DNA of 64,000 bases from positions 620,001 to 684,000 of the forward strand of contig NIVC01000031.1 of the NCBI GenBank assembly GCA_002269645.1, in the 5' to 3' direction. The stretch is from Macrostomum lignano (taxonomy: Eukaryota). Both the position numbers and the translations under genes were made by a program. Positions 25,765 to 37,398 of this stretch are shown here, in pieces (position 1 is the stretch's first letter; the number at the start of each line of letters is the position of its first letter). A model generated the notes under the pieces. The model worked only from the letters and a program-made list of their open reading frames with translations, ran no database searches and was not told where the DNA came from.

Positions 25765-28700
25765 ACCTCTCCCCTCTCAATTTCTCTTCCCTCTCATCTC
25801 ATCTTGCTCTTTTCTCATCTCCTCTCTCGCCTTTACAGTCTCCGCTCTTCTCTAATCTCCCTCTCATCTACTGTCTCGCCTCTCTCCTTTCATCTCATCT
25901 CTCCTCTCATCTTCTCAATTCTTTCTCCTTTTCTCATTTCGTCTCTCACCTCTCCCATCTCCTTTCTTTTCTTCACTCTCAACTATTCTCACTCTCCTCT
26001 ATTTCCTATTCTTTCTCTTTTATTTGGGCCGCAGCTGGATTCTTTTCTTAGCACATGATTTAAAAAAGAGTTTGTAAGAGACTTCCATACTAATTTCTTC
26101 TACGTTTTGCGCTGGATACAATTCTAGTCCCGAATTTAATTCTTTTAATTTTGTAATCGATTCAACAGTGACATACAAGCTAAAATATCATACCGAATGC
26201 TAATTCAATATCATTTTTCAGAGCTACAATAAGATTTCAATGGAATTACAGATTACACTTAACGATGGAAATCTAAATATAGTAAGGCGGTTGTAACTTT
26301 GAAAATCTTCGGTTTATTATTTAAACATCATGCCTAGTTACTTCGGTATTCGCTTTACAGATTTCTAAACTGTTTAATCCAGTAATAATTACCGACATAA
26401 ATGACAACAAGCCCGAGTTCCTGCTTCAGCCGTATCGATGGGAAATTCCCGAGGTAAGTTCTCCACCGAAACTGGGTAAGCTTAGGGGTTAACGACTCTG
26501 TTTATTGTGCCAAAGTGAGCTAACCCAGAAACTAAATGAAAGAGCTTCATTCATTTTATTAGAGGCTGCGACGTATTACAGGGGAATTAACTTTTGACAT
26601 TTCTTGGACGTGGCATCTCCCCGAGACAGGAGTAGAGGCGCCCAGCAAGAGTCAGGGGCGCCCACCAAGAGACAAAGACGCCCACCAGGAGTCAGGGGCG
26701 CCCACCAAGAGACAAAGGCGCCCACCAGGAGTCAGGGGCGCCCACCAAGAGACAAAGACGCCCACCAAGAGACAAAGACGCCCACCAAGAGACAAAGACG
26801 CCCACCAAGAGACAAAGACGCCCACCAAGAGACAGGCACGCCCATCAAGAGACATGGACGCCCATCAAGAGACAGGGACGCCCATTAAGAGACGGGGACG
26901 CACATCAAGAGACATGGGACGCCCACCAAGAGACAAAGGCGCCCACCAAGAGACAAAGATGCCCATCAAGAAACAAAGACGCCAACCAAGAGTCAGGGGC
27001 GCCCACCAAGAGACAAAGACGCCCACCAAGAGACAAAGACGCCCACCAAGAGACAAAGACGCCCACCAAGAGACAAAAGCGCCCACCAAGAGACAGGGAC
27101 ACCCATCAAGAGACATGGGACGCCCATCAAGAAACAAAAACACCAACCAAGAGACAAAGGCGCCCACCAAGAGACAAAGACGCCCATTAAGAGACGGGGA
27201 CGCACATCAAAAGACATGGGACGCCCACCAAGAAACAAAAACACCCACCAAGAGACAAAAGCCCCCACCAAGAGACAGGGACACCCATCAAGAGACATGG
27301 GACGCCCATCAAGAAACAAAAACACCAACCAAGAGACAAAGGAGCCCACCAAGAGACAGGGACACCCATCAAGAGACATGGACGCCCATTAAGAGACGGG
27401 GACGCACATCAAGAGACATGGGACGCCCACCAAGAGACAAAGGCGCCCACCAAGAGACAAAGACCCCCATCAAGAAACAAAGACGTTAACCAAGAGTCAG
27501 GGGCGCCCACCAAGAGACAAAAACACCCACGAAGAGACAAAAGCGCCCACCAAGAGACAAAGGAGCCCACCAAGAGACAGGGACACCCATCAAGAGACAT
27601 GGACGCCCATTAAGAGACGGGGACGCACATCAAGAGACAGGGGCGCCCAAGACACCAAATATCGGCGCCCCGTAGGCTTGCGGCCCCCTTCAATTAAGTT
27701 CCTGCGTACGACACTGCTCAAGGGCGAATCGACTATCAATTTGATTTGACCGAACCTTCCCGGGTGATCTGTTAACTAAGCTCTTGGCCAGCTTTGAAAA
27801 CGTATTATTTATCTATTCGAATGCTTCTTACAGAATACCCTATCGGTCGCGCCGTTCAAAGTGCAAGCCATTGACAGGGACCGGGACGCTGGCTCAATCC
27901 AGCTGAATTTTAAGGTTGGTTTCTACGAACCGCAGCTGGTTCTCTCAATTTTGTTAAACTAACGCCGTAATGAGTAGTGGTTAGAGCGTCGGACTCACGA
28001 CTGAAAGGTCGGGGGTTCGATTCTTGACCACTCGGAACCATTTGTGTCCATGAGCAAGACACTTGACTCTGCATTAATTCAGTCCACTGAGCTGTAAAAT
28101 TGGTGCCATCATTAACTGGGATAATTCAGGTTGTGTGTGGCGACCCCCCAGCCTTGGACTGAACAGCCGTACGCAGCCAGCGGCTGAACTGTCGGTTGCA
28201 CCTCAGGTGCAATAAATTATTATTAATATTAATTTTAAACTAATGCAACGAGTTTCCGAATAATTTGTCCTTTATTGATCCCATCAACCGGTCAATTTAC
28301 TCAACAGGAGGTGTCAGGAATCAACATTGACGGTCTGTTTAGCTTCACCGGCCCCAATTGTCGCGCCTCCTGCGAACGGAACGTCTCATTGTTAAAGGCG
28401 CTGGACTATGAGACTAACAAGTTCTACCAGATTGCCGTTAACGCTACGGATACTTCCGCTGGCGGGTCATCCGTCTTTTCCGACATCATTATCAACGTGC
28501 TCGATCAGCAGGACACGCCGCCCTTCTTTCAGAAAGTGCCCTACATCGCCAGAATCCCGGAGAACTCTCCCAAAGATACACTTGTAGTGACTGTACAAGC
28601 CTTAGATGGAGATCGCGGCGTGCCTAACCCCGTCGAGTACTACCTGGATCCTGCCAACGCCTTCTCTAAGTACTTCAGCCTAGACAAGTCCACCGGCCAA

Positions 28701-31700
28701 CTGACTGTTGGTTCAACTCCGCTAGACCGGGAGAGTGCGGAGCTACTAGCCGTGTACGGAACAATCGACCTGCCCGTCATCGCCAAGGAGGTCTCGACGG
28801 TATCGCAGCCTGAAAATATCTCACAGACGCGAACCAGCGTCGCTATCATTGTAGAGGATCAGAACGATCGCACTCCAACCTTCAATCAGGCTACTTTCAA
28901 CGCTAGCGTAGTTGAAAACACCCAGGTTGGAGTTCCAATCAGTTTCGCAGATCGAGTTGTCGTACAGGATTTCGATGCTGGAGTCAACGCTCTGTTCAAT
29001 ATAACGGTGTGGAAGGACGGTCGAACCTACGCAGATTTTGAGGTGGCACCAGCGACGGGATCGGTGGAAGCTACCTTGATCGTCCGAGTAAAGAATTCAA
29101 CACTGTTGGACTACGAAACTGTGAAGAGTGTCAACTTTCTGGTAAGAAAGCAGGTTTTTTGGCCGCAAAAGAAGTACAAATAAATAATGACATTAAATTA
29201 CTTTTTCATTGTAGATGATAGCCAGAGAGACGCAAACGACGGAACTTCGGTCGAGCACCGCCACGGTCGCTTTGCAAATCATCGATGCTAATGATAACTG
29301 GCCAATATTTGACAAGACAAAATACGTCTTTAGCATCCTGGAAAACTCCGTTCAAGGTGTTGTTGTGGGACGAGTTACAGTAAGCTTTTCGCACTGCTCT
29401 GTGTTTGTTAAAACCAGTGTGATTGCAAACTAAATACTCGAAACTAACTATACATTTTTCAGGCCACTGACTTGGACAGTGGTGCTTTCGGAGCAATATC
29501 ATACAGCTTGGATGGAACAGACAACAATATGTAAGTTGCTATAGCTACCCCTGTTCAAGAAGCATAAATAAATTTGCTACATTTGTCAACACGCGTTCGC
29601 ACTACAGATTCAGCATTAACTCTGACACTGGAGAAGTAACGGTAAACGTAGACCCTGCCACAACTCCCGCGACAACGCCGCTGGATCGCGAACGCATTTC
29701 AGTGATCTATTTAGCCGCAAGAGCTCGCGACGGTGGGGGCTTTGTGAGCACAGTGCAACTGGAGGTCCACCTGACCGACGTCAACGACAATGCACCCGTG
29801 TTCACTCGTCCAAGCTACTCGGGACTAGTGAAAGAGAACTCGTTGACATTTGAGAGCCCTCTGCAGGTTGAGGTTCGTAACTGCTTAATGCCTGATTAGC
29901 GACCAGTAGCTGCGTTTCCGATTTCAACCGGCCTGTCTGTCATTCTGTTCGACAGCGACTCTCCTGTGGAGATGATGACCCACTCGGATTCCCTCCGTGA
30001 TCCCCTTATTGACGAACACGAGAAAAAACATCTGGGAGAGAGTCGTTTGCAATAATGATATTGATTAATTGAGATTGGCACAGTAGAACACAGGCTTAGC
30101 TGCTCACTAAATCCCTAACTCTCCTCTCCGTACCTTTTCATTACCTCGATCTCACCATTCTAAACATTACTTTCATGCTTTTCCATTCTGTCCCTCTACC
30201 CAACACGCGCTTCCTAGGCGATAGGATTCTGTCGATGAAACCTTTTTGTAACAAGACTTGCTTTAGTGGGCGGGGCCGATGCAGAGGATGAGCTGTTCTC
30301 AGCCATGATCCAGATGGCCACGCCAAAGAGCTTGGATTATCGTATCTGACTAGTTCGTGGGCGTTGTACTTTAATGACTAGTATAGACAAGGAATTGGTT
30401 GGATTTTTTGTATCTCCCCATTCGATAAATCATTAAATCGACATTACCAGTGCTTCTGCTTGTCGTTCATGCACTTCCACTGTTAACTTTAGGCCGTTGA
30501 CAACGACGAGAAAGGTTCTAACAACACTCTAGTTCAGTACGCGATTGTTGACGGCAACTATGGGTCAAGCTTTGCCGTCAATCAGTCAACGGGATCTCTG
30601 AGCCTTGTGAAGTCGCTAGACTACGAGACTCTGACGCATCCGACTATCGTTCTGAGGGTGGCAGCCTATGACGCTGGCGTGCCAGTATTGTCCAATTTCG
30701 TAACTGTCACGGTGGGCGTTATTGACCAGAATGATAACGCTCCCAGTTGTATAAAGGATGTGTTTAGCGCAACTGTAGCCGAAACCGCACCCGAAGGAAC
30801 ATTCGTGGCCCAAATAAATGCTACGGATGCTGATCCTTCTGTCAGCGAGAACTCAAAGGTGTTCTATCGCATTCAAAGTGGAGCCGCCGACAAGTTCACC
30901 ATATTTGGTGACACAGGCATAGTACAGGTTGAAAGAGGAGCCGATTTGGATGTAAACAGATTCGGGGATAGATACAACTTGACAATCGGTGTATATGATC
31001 AGGGCTACCCACAGCTGAGCGGGTCCTGCCTTCTAGTAGTCAGTGTAAGGGATGTCAACAACCAACGGCCGTACTTTGAAGTGTTGAGTAGACGCGAAAC
31101 AGTGCAAGAGAACCTGCCGCTGGGGCTCTCACTACCGATTTCGCCTCCCTACACGGCCAAGGATCCCGATTCATCGGCCAATCTGAGCTATCGTATTCTG
31201 TACGACCAAATGTCGGCTTTGCAACCAAGCGGTCAACCTGTTCAACCCGCGGCATACAATTACACATCCCTATTCACTGTCGTTCCAACAACTGGAGCTA
31301 TCACGGTGGTTGGAAATCTGGATCGTGAACAGGCTGGCGAGATCACTATACCAATATTTGTACAAGATCTTGCAAACGAAACCGTGCAACCGATCCAAAC
31401 GGCCACAGGGACTCTTATTCTAACACTAAGCGATGTTAACGATGAATGGCCAGTGTTCCAACCTCCAGCAGTGAACGGAACCTTCCGAATTTCAATCTAC
31501 GAGGGAACGGTAGAAATCAGTACCAAGCTCCTTGCAACAGATGCAGATTCCTCAACTACCAAGCTGCAGTATAGTACATTGCCAACAAATGATCCTTACT
31601 TTGGCATTGATCCCAATACAGCCCAATTATCACTGAAAACGCCCTTGGATCGTGAAGCAATGAGTAGGTACACCCTATTAGTGTTGGTAACAGATTCGCT

Positions 31701-34700
31701 GCATAAAACCACTGGAACGGTAGAAATTACTGTTTTGGATATTAATGACGTGCAGCCGACATTTTATCAGTTCAGCGATACGCTGTCAGTGCCAGAGAAC
31801 ATTAGTGTTGGCAGCTTACTGACTACTATTAAAGCCTACGACAACGACACAGGAGCATTCGGCACCGTCAACTACCGAATCCTCAGCGGTGGAGGCGGCA
31901 AATTCAGTCTGAACAGCGAAACTGGCGAACTACATTTGACTGCACCGTTGGATCGCGACGTGACTGGCGGAGACGTCTACAACCTGGTGATTGAAGCGTT
32001 TGACAATCCAGGGAGTACGAACAGCCTGAAAAGCAGTCGAAGTATGGTCATAAGTATCCTTGACGTAAACGACAATGCTCCTCGATTTTCTCAAGCGAAC
32101 TTCACCATCACAACGCTAACGGAGAGCGCCACTGCTGGGCAGTTAATTCGTGAAATATCAGCCACAGATGCGGATGTAGGCGTGAATCAAGAGATAGATT
32201 TCTCTTTGCAACCAGTTCCTGGTCAAAGCGATCGGGCAATGTCACTGTTTACGGTCACTACTAAGCAGACGGGTGACAGCTACTCTGCCAGCTTGACAAC
32301 CAGCACTGATCTCAAAGGCGCTGTTGGTTGGTTCTACTTGATCCTCTTGGCTACTGATAAAGGCGATCCAAGACAAACGGGTTCTACTCATCTGACTATC
32401 TCAGTCAGCGATGTTAATGACCATGCTCCAGAGTTTATCTATCCAAACGTTTCCGAAATTCACGTTCGAATCAACGAATCCACAAACGCATCGAGCACTA
32501 TAGGCAAGGAGCTTCTACAAGCGGTTGCTACTGATAAAGACTATGGAGTTAATGCTGTCGTTCGATTCAGTCTCACATCGTCGACAACAGATCAGACGGC
32601 GTTTCGCATCGATCCAGTATCTGGTTTGTTAACTGTCGCTATTAACTTGCGTCGCACCCTGCAGATACAGTACCGATTTCAGATACAGGCCACAGATCAA
32701 GGCGCGTCACCTTTGAGCTCTCAGACCAGCGTCGTAGTTGAAGTCTGGGCCGTGGACGAGAGCCCGCCAGCCTTTCCGCAGCAGTCCAGAGAGCAGACGT
32801 TCACTCTGATGGAGAACTTGCCGCCTGCAGCAACTATAGAAGGCATGAATCTAACGGGAACTCGGCTTGGATCAATTGGCAAAGCTGTCAATACCGATCT
32901 GGGCACCCCAACTGCACAGATTTGCTACTTCATGATTTGTAAGTTTCTCGCGATTTTCATTTGCTTTGATTTCAAATAGATCTCCGTTGCTTTCTTAAGG
33001 GCTGGTTGTAGCCTAGTGGTTAGAGCGTCGGACTCACGATTGGAATTTCGGGGGTTAGATTCTCGACCCACAAGGAAAATTTGTGTGTCCTTGAGCAAGA
33101 CACTCAATTATCCATTGCTTCAGTCCACTCAGCTGTAAAATGGGTGCCAGCATTAGCTGGGGTAATTAAGGGTGTGTGTGGCGACCCCGGCCCAGTCTTT
33201 GGACTGAACAGCCGTACGCAGCCTTCAGATCCGCCACGCAATAGCTGCGGCTGAACTCCCGGTCTCACATCTGCCCACTAAGGCTGGTGTGATCAATTAT
33301 CTATCGCTTTCTTAAGCATTACGTTCTATGCTTGATCTTGCAGCAAAGTCTTACGACAACTTCTTCGTGAACAAGACCAACGGAGATTTCTACGCTCTAA
33401 TACAGGCGGATCGGGAATCGAAGCCTCAATATACAATCCACGTGATTGCCGTCAGTGCGAGCTACTGCTCATCTAGTAAGTCGCTAATCTTATTTATAAA
33501 ACCATTGCAAATTAAATTACCCGCATATTCACAGCAAGCTTACTCGTACCTATTGACAACCGCTTAATCATCAAAACCCCGTCCCAGCTATGGAGATCTT
33601 AAAATAATATGTTGAAAAAAACTGATGCAAAGAAATATTTCCGTAGCTGAAAAATAAAAAATCATCTGTTTTTCAATTAATTTGTAATTTCGAAATGATG
33701 ACCACTTTAAAAAGTTTGTTTATACTCTACACAGTTGTCTGATAACGGAGAGTAAGGGGAAGTCTTACTGCCTTACTCCTCTTTCCTAGGTGCATACGAA
33801 TGGAATGCAGCGCCTAAGGAGCTGAGTCGAACTCGCCGCTCCCTGGACGCCGATCCCGTAACCTACGATCCCAGCAACCCGTCGATGGCTCAGATTGTCG
33901 TGCAAATCGGCGACGTCAACGATAATCCGCCGGTATGGCGATCGGCCGCTTTCTTCGGCGGTGTCACGGTTGACAGTCCGCCAGGAACCGTTGTATTAAG
34001 CTTCTCCCAGTACGTCTCCGACGCAGATGCCGGCAATAACAGCGCCCTAACGTTCGGCATCTCGAATATTCGAGCAGACACGAGCCAGCTAGCCAACCAG
34101 CTGCAACAGCTGGGCATCACCAACACGGTGCTAAGCATTGCGGCTAACGGAGCTTTACGAACCGGTGATAAAACCTATTTCCAAGAAACAATGTCGGGCT
34201 CTTTGATCTTCAACGTCAGCGTTAGCGATTCGCGCTTCACCTCTTGGGCCAGTTGCACTGTTTATCTGTTATCGCTTAACCAGCAGATAGTCGTCACTCT
34301 TAGCGACAACACGCGTGGAGCTGGAGCAGTAAGAGATGAACTGATGGCCTACCTGAGCAACATCACCGGCTGGAGAATTGTGGCCAACAATATTGTCACT
34401 TACAAACGCGAGGACGGCACGGCGGATGATACCAAGTGAGTCATTTTATCCACAAACAATTTCCTCTCAACATTTGTAAGATTAAATGAAACGGGAACCA
34501 CGAATCCACTCTACTCTAATTAATAGGAGCGACATCTACATTCACGCGATCAATAAGACAACAAACGCAATCATTTCTGCCCTAACTGTACGCGACAAAA
34601 TTGACAAGCTCTGGTCAGAACTACCGGTGCTGTACAAAACCTACAACGTACTGTGGGTCCGGCTCGCAGTTCAACCTGCGCCAACGGATTCTACGTTGGA

Positions 34701-35722
34701 GATTCTGAAGATTGCCCTGATTGCTGTCGCCTGCGGTCTGACCGTAATGCTATTCTTCTCCTGCGTATCGCTCTGGTCCTGCAGACGAATGTATCGCCGA
34801 AAGCTGAAAGCTGCCACTGCGGTCGCCTTTGGTAAGGACTTGTAGCTGGTGGTTTCAAGGCCCCTCCCGCCTAGTAACTGAATGGACTGCAGGGGCGTAG
34901 CTAGGATCGTTCAGTGGGATGTCTTCATGGGGCTTTAGTACCAGGGGCTTTAGCACCAGGGGCTTTAGCACCAGGGGCTTTATCACCAGGGGCTTTATCA
35001 CCAGGGGCTTTATCACCAGGGGCTTTATCACCAGGGGCTTTAGCACCAGGGGCTTTAGCACCATGGGCGCCAGCTTTTGTATCCGTACAGTGCTTACATA
35101 AAAGAATGTTAAAAAGAATTCAACACACGGAACAGAAAGCCAATTTGATTCGATTAATTTCTTGCAGGTCCCGGCGGTAACTCAGACAGTTTAAAAGCGC
35201 CAGGAACCAACGCTCACGCATATGAAGGGTAAGCCTCGATGATATTTCTGATTTCTCGTTTTACTTACTTACTCAATTAGTTCCTTCATATTTTATTATT
35301 TCGATTCTGATATAGATTGTAGTTTTAGTAATATTTTTGTTGCTTTAACTAACCTACGTGTGACAGTCACTAAACATTTTCTAATGGCGTCTAAAACAAG
35401 AGCAAATATAATTCTGTCCACGCACAGCGATCTGACCGACTTCACTGACAAACTTACCAACCTCTCAAATGTGTTATATCCCCTTTCTTTTCCCACCTTT
35501 CGAAATCGAAGCAGCCATCAGCAAGGCAAGGATGCCAACGGTAATAGCCAGAGCTTGGCTTTGAGTAGTCGAGTCAGCCAAGCTCACGCCAATGGCGACT
35601 CGAATCCGTACGCCATCGACAACGGTGCTCTGCAGACCGGCGGGGATGCCGCGTTTAACTCCGCCACCACCGCCAGCATTCAGCCAAAACCTGTGCTAGA
35701 CGAAAGTCAGACTTTGTTTTGA
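23114..35722 (+). CDS. CDH23/Cad87A-like cadherin, 14 EC repeats + membrane-adjacent domain + TM; isoform with proximal last exon (~1944 aa, ends QTLF)
   Basis: Exons 23114-23183 (signal), 24428-24556, 25059-25216, 26222-26281, 26361-26453, 27834-27914, 28308-29141, 29215-29379, 29463-29530, 29608-29872, 30493-32938, 33344-33475, 33790-34435, 34527-34831, 35168-35228, 35401(or 35428)-35722; all phases consistent. Repeated DxNDNxP, LDRE and LDYE motifs; post-TM RRKLKAA and PGTNAHAYEG-AN match CDH23/Cad87A-family tails. Confidence 0.9.
23232..23843. repeat. 23-nt minisatellite CCTGTCCTCTCTCTGGTAGGGTA (cadherin intron 1)
   Basis: Direct tandem repeats. Confidence 0.93.
24645..24975. repeat. 22-nt minisatellite AAATGAAATGGCGCCTCCTATC (cadherin intron 2)
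   Basis: Direct tandem repeats that degenerate toward the 3' end. Confidence 0.9.
25407..26030 (+). mobile_element. hAT-like MITE remnant with CT-rich core (cadherin intron 3)
   Basis: Starts CAGGGGTCTGCGAAGCCTCTCTATCCAGGCCTTCGGGTTCTTTGAAACT, followed by CT-rich tracts; GGGCCGCAG near 26026 resembles hAT-MITE right subtermini. Confidence 0.5.
26625..27650. repeat. 20-nt minisatellite GCCCACCAAGAGACAAAGAC (cadherin intron 5)
   Basis: ~1-kb array of variant units. Confidence 0.93.
27963..28234 (+). mobile_element. tRNA-derived SINE, copy 1
   Basis: A box TAGTGGTTAGAGC, B box GGTTCGATTC, CORE-like TGTGTCCATGAGCAAGACACTT...CTGTAAAA, AT-rich tail; 9-bp TSD TTAAACTAA at 27954-27962 and 28235-28243. 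Confidence 0.85.
33000..33305 (+). mobile_element. tRNA-derived SINE, copy 2
   Basis: Colinear with copy 1 (TAGTGGTTAGAGCGTCGGACTCACGA; GGACTGAACAGCCGTACGCAGCC); 11-bp TSD GCTTTCTTAAG at 32989-32999 and 33306-33316. Confidence 0.88.
34925..35066. repeat. 15-nt minisatellite CACCAGGGGCTTTA(T/G) with nine GGGG runs
   Basis: Direct repeats in the intron after the TM exon, preceded by TIR-like CAGGGGCGTAGCTAGG at 34890. Confidence 0.9.
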
Positions 35723-36826
35723 GTCTGAGCATGCACGGATCCAGATGAGGATGCCATCTTGGAGTGAAATTTAGAGCAAGAAATTATTTTAAAACAAAAA
35801 ATATCAAGTTCTCATCATCAGTTGCACTCATCAAACAGCATCAGTTTGGAAACTATGACACAAAAATTTCGATATTTGTACATATATTTGCATACTCAGG
35901 TTAGTATTATCATCGCTAGTATATGAATGTGAGCGTAACGTATTCTACATGAAAATCGTGTTGTTTAGGTTTTGTGTGACAGTTTGCACAATTAAATAAT
36001 ATAACAAGCGTAAGTTTGAATACACTATATACCCTGGTATAAGCTCTTAGCGGTTAGTCAGTCAAATAATCGAACGCAGCACCTTCACGCGCAACAAGTG
36101 TTTGCATGCTTAGACAAAAATGAAGTTAATTGAGCATGATGTCGGAGAGTTTGAGCACGTGACAAGTTTTTTTAACGAAATTTTATTTGCGCACTAATAC
36201 CCACTAATGCAAAATTTAAAGTTTGTCAAAGTGCACAGAAATCAACGAGTATACTATTGAAATTTGCTTATATATGTTTTGAGCATCGTGTGAAAATGTG
36301 TCCGAGCTATTGTGTTGGCTATCCGTCATCCATTCTTTTAGCTTATCCATGTGTTTTCAAATTGGCTATCAACAACTTTATCGCATCTCTTGAAATAGTT
36401 AACCAAACTTTGAATGGAAACGTGTGTTTGAGACAAACATAAAGTTTTCTGTTACTAGAAGAGGCATATAAAACTTGGCTACTATAGTAAATGTATGCAT
36501 TCAATACCTGATATATGATATGGAGTGGACTTCTGCAGTTGCGTTGCACAAACAATTAAACAACATATTTGCTTTTAACCTCCAGAAAAAAACAACTTTG
36601 CTGATTTAACAGACTTTCACAATACTTCCTAATAGTAAATCAGCTGTTCACCACTTTTACTGAACAAATTTTCAGTTCCAATCCAATTTGGATGGATCTT
36701 CACAATGGAGCACAATTTGATAACTTCGAATTTGAAAGGTAAGATCAAATTAACTAAGAGAATTAATTTACAAAGTTTTAAGTCTTTATTAATGTCTTCT
36801 CTTACGATCCACCCTGTCATCTTCAG

Positions 36827-37070
36827 TGACCGAATCTCCCATGACAGCCAGCTTCACAATCAACTCGCCTTCTGCATAAAACGTTTCGACGAACTGGAAA
36901 AATCTGTCAATTTCTACGAAGACGACACCACCGCTGGGGGTCCTAGCGGACCAAGGATTAACCTCGATGAAGATCCCAATAATGCTATTCTATCGGCCGC
37001 GGTGGAGGCTGGTCCAAACAGCCTCAGCGACCACCCGACTCTGCGAAATTTGCCTACTAGTGAGATTTGA
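36827..37070 (+). CDS. Candidate alternative distal terminal exon of the cadherin (ends PTSEI; isoform ~1918 aa)
   Basis: Acceptor CATCTTCAG|T is phase 2, matching the donor at 35228/35229; coding-like composition; ends in a class I PDZ motif. Confidence 0.65.
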
Positions 37071-37187
37071 GTAGTAATTCCTTGCATTGCTGTATTTTAC
37101 AAGCACTGGGATTTTAAAAAAGATAATACAGCATGTTTAGTAATAATTGCTTTTAATAGTATTTTCAGGCTAGTCCTTGAGTTAAGT

Positions 37188-37398
37188 AGTTGGTACTGAA
37201 GTCACATCAGCTCTGATGGGTGTTTAGAGTTCAGTATAGTTGGTACTGAAGTCACATCAGCTCTGATGGGTGTTTAGAGTTCAGTGTAGTTGGTACGGAA
37301 GTCTCAGCAGCTCTGATGAGTGTTTAGAGTTCAGTAGTTGGTACTGCAGTCACATCAGCTCTGATGAGTGTTTAGAGTTCAGTAGTTGGTACTGCAGC
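37188..37398. repeat. ~50-nt tandem repeat, ~4 copies, downstream of the distal cadherin stop
   Basis: AGTTGGTACTGAAGTCACATCAGCTCTGATGGGTGTTTAGAGTTCAGTAT units at 37188, 37238 and onward. Confidence 0.85.

Noticed and set aside
26604-27600. HQETK/RRP-rich ORFs
   Set aside because: They lie within cadherin intron 5 and are products of the 20-nt minisatellite.
27963-28035. tRNA gene (also at 33000)
   Set aside because: The anticodon and acceptor stems do not pair properly, and the sequence continues into a shared SINE body with TSDs.
29880-30480. Non-repetitive cadherin intron segment as a cassette exon or retroelement
   Set aside because: No phase-0 open exon with cadherin motifs and no RT or transposase motif recognised.
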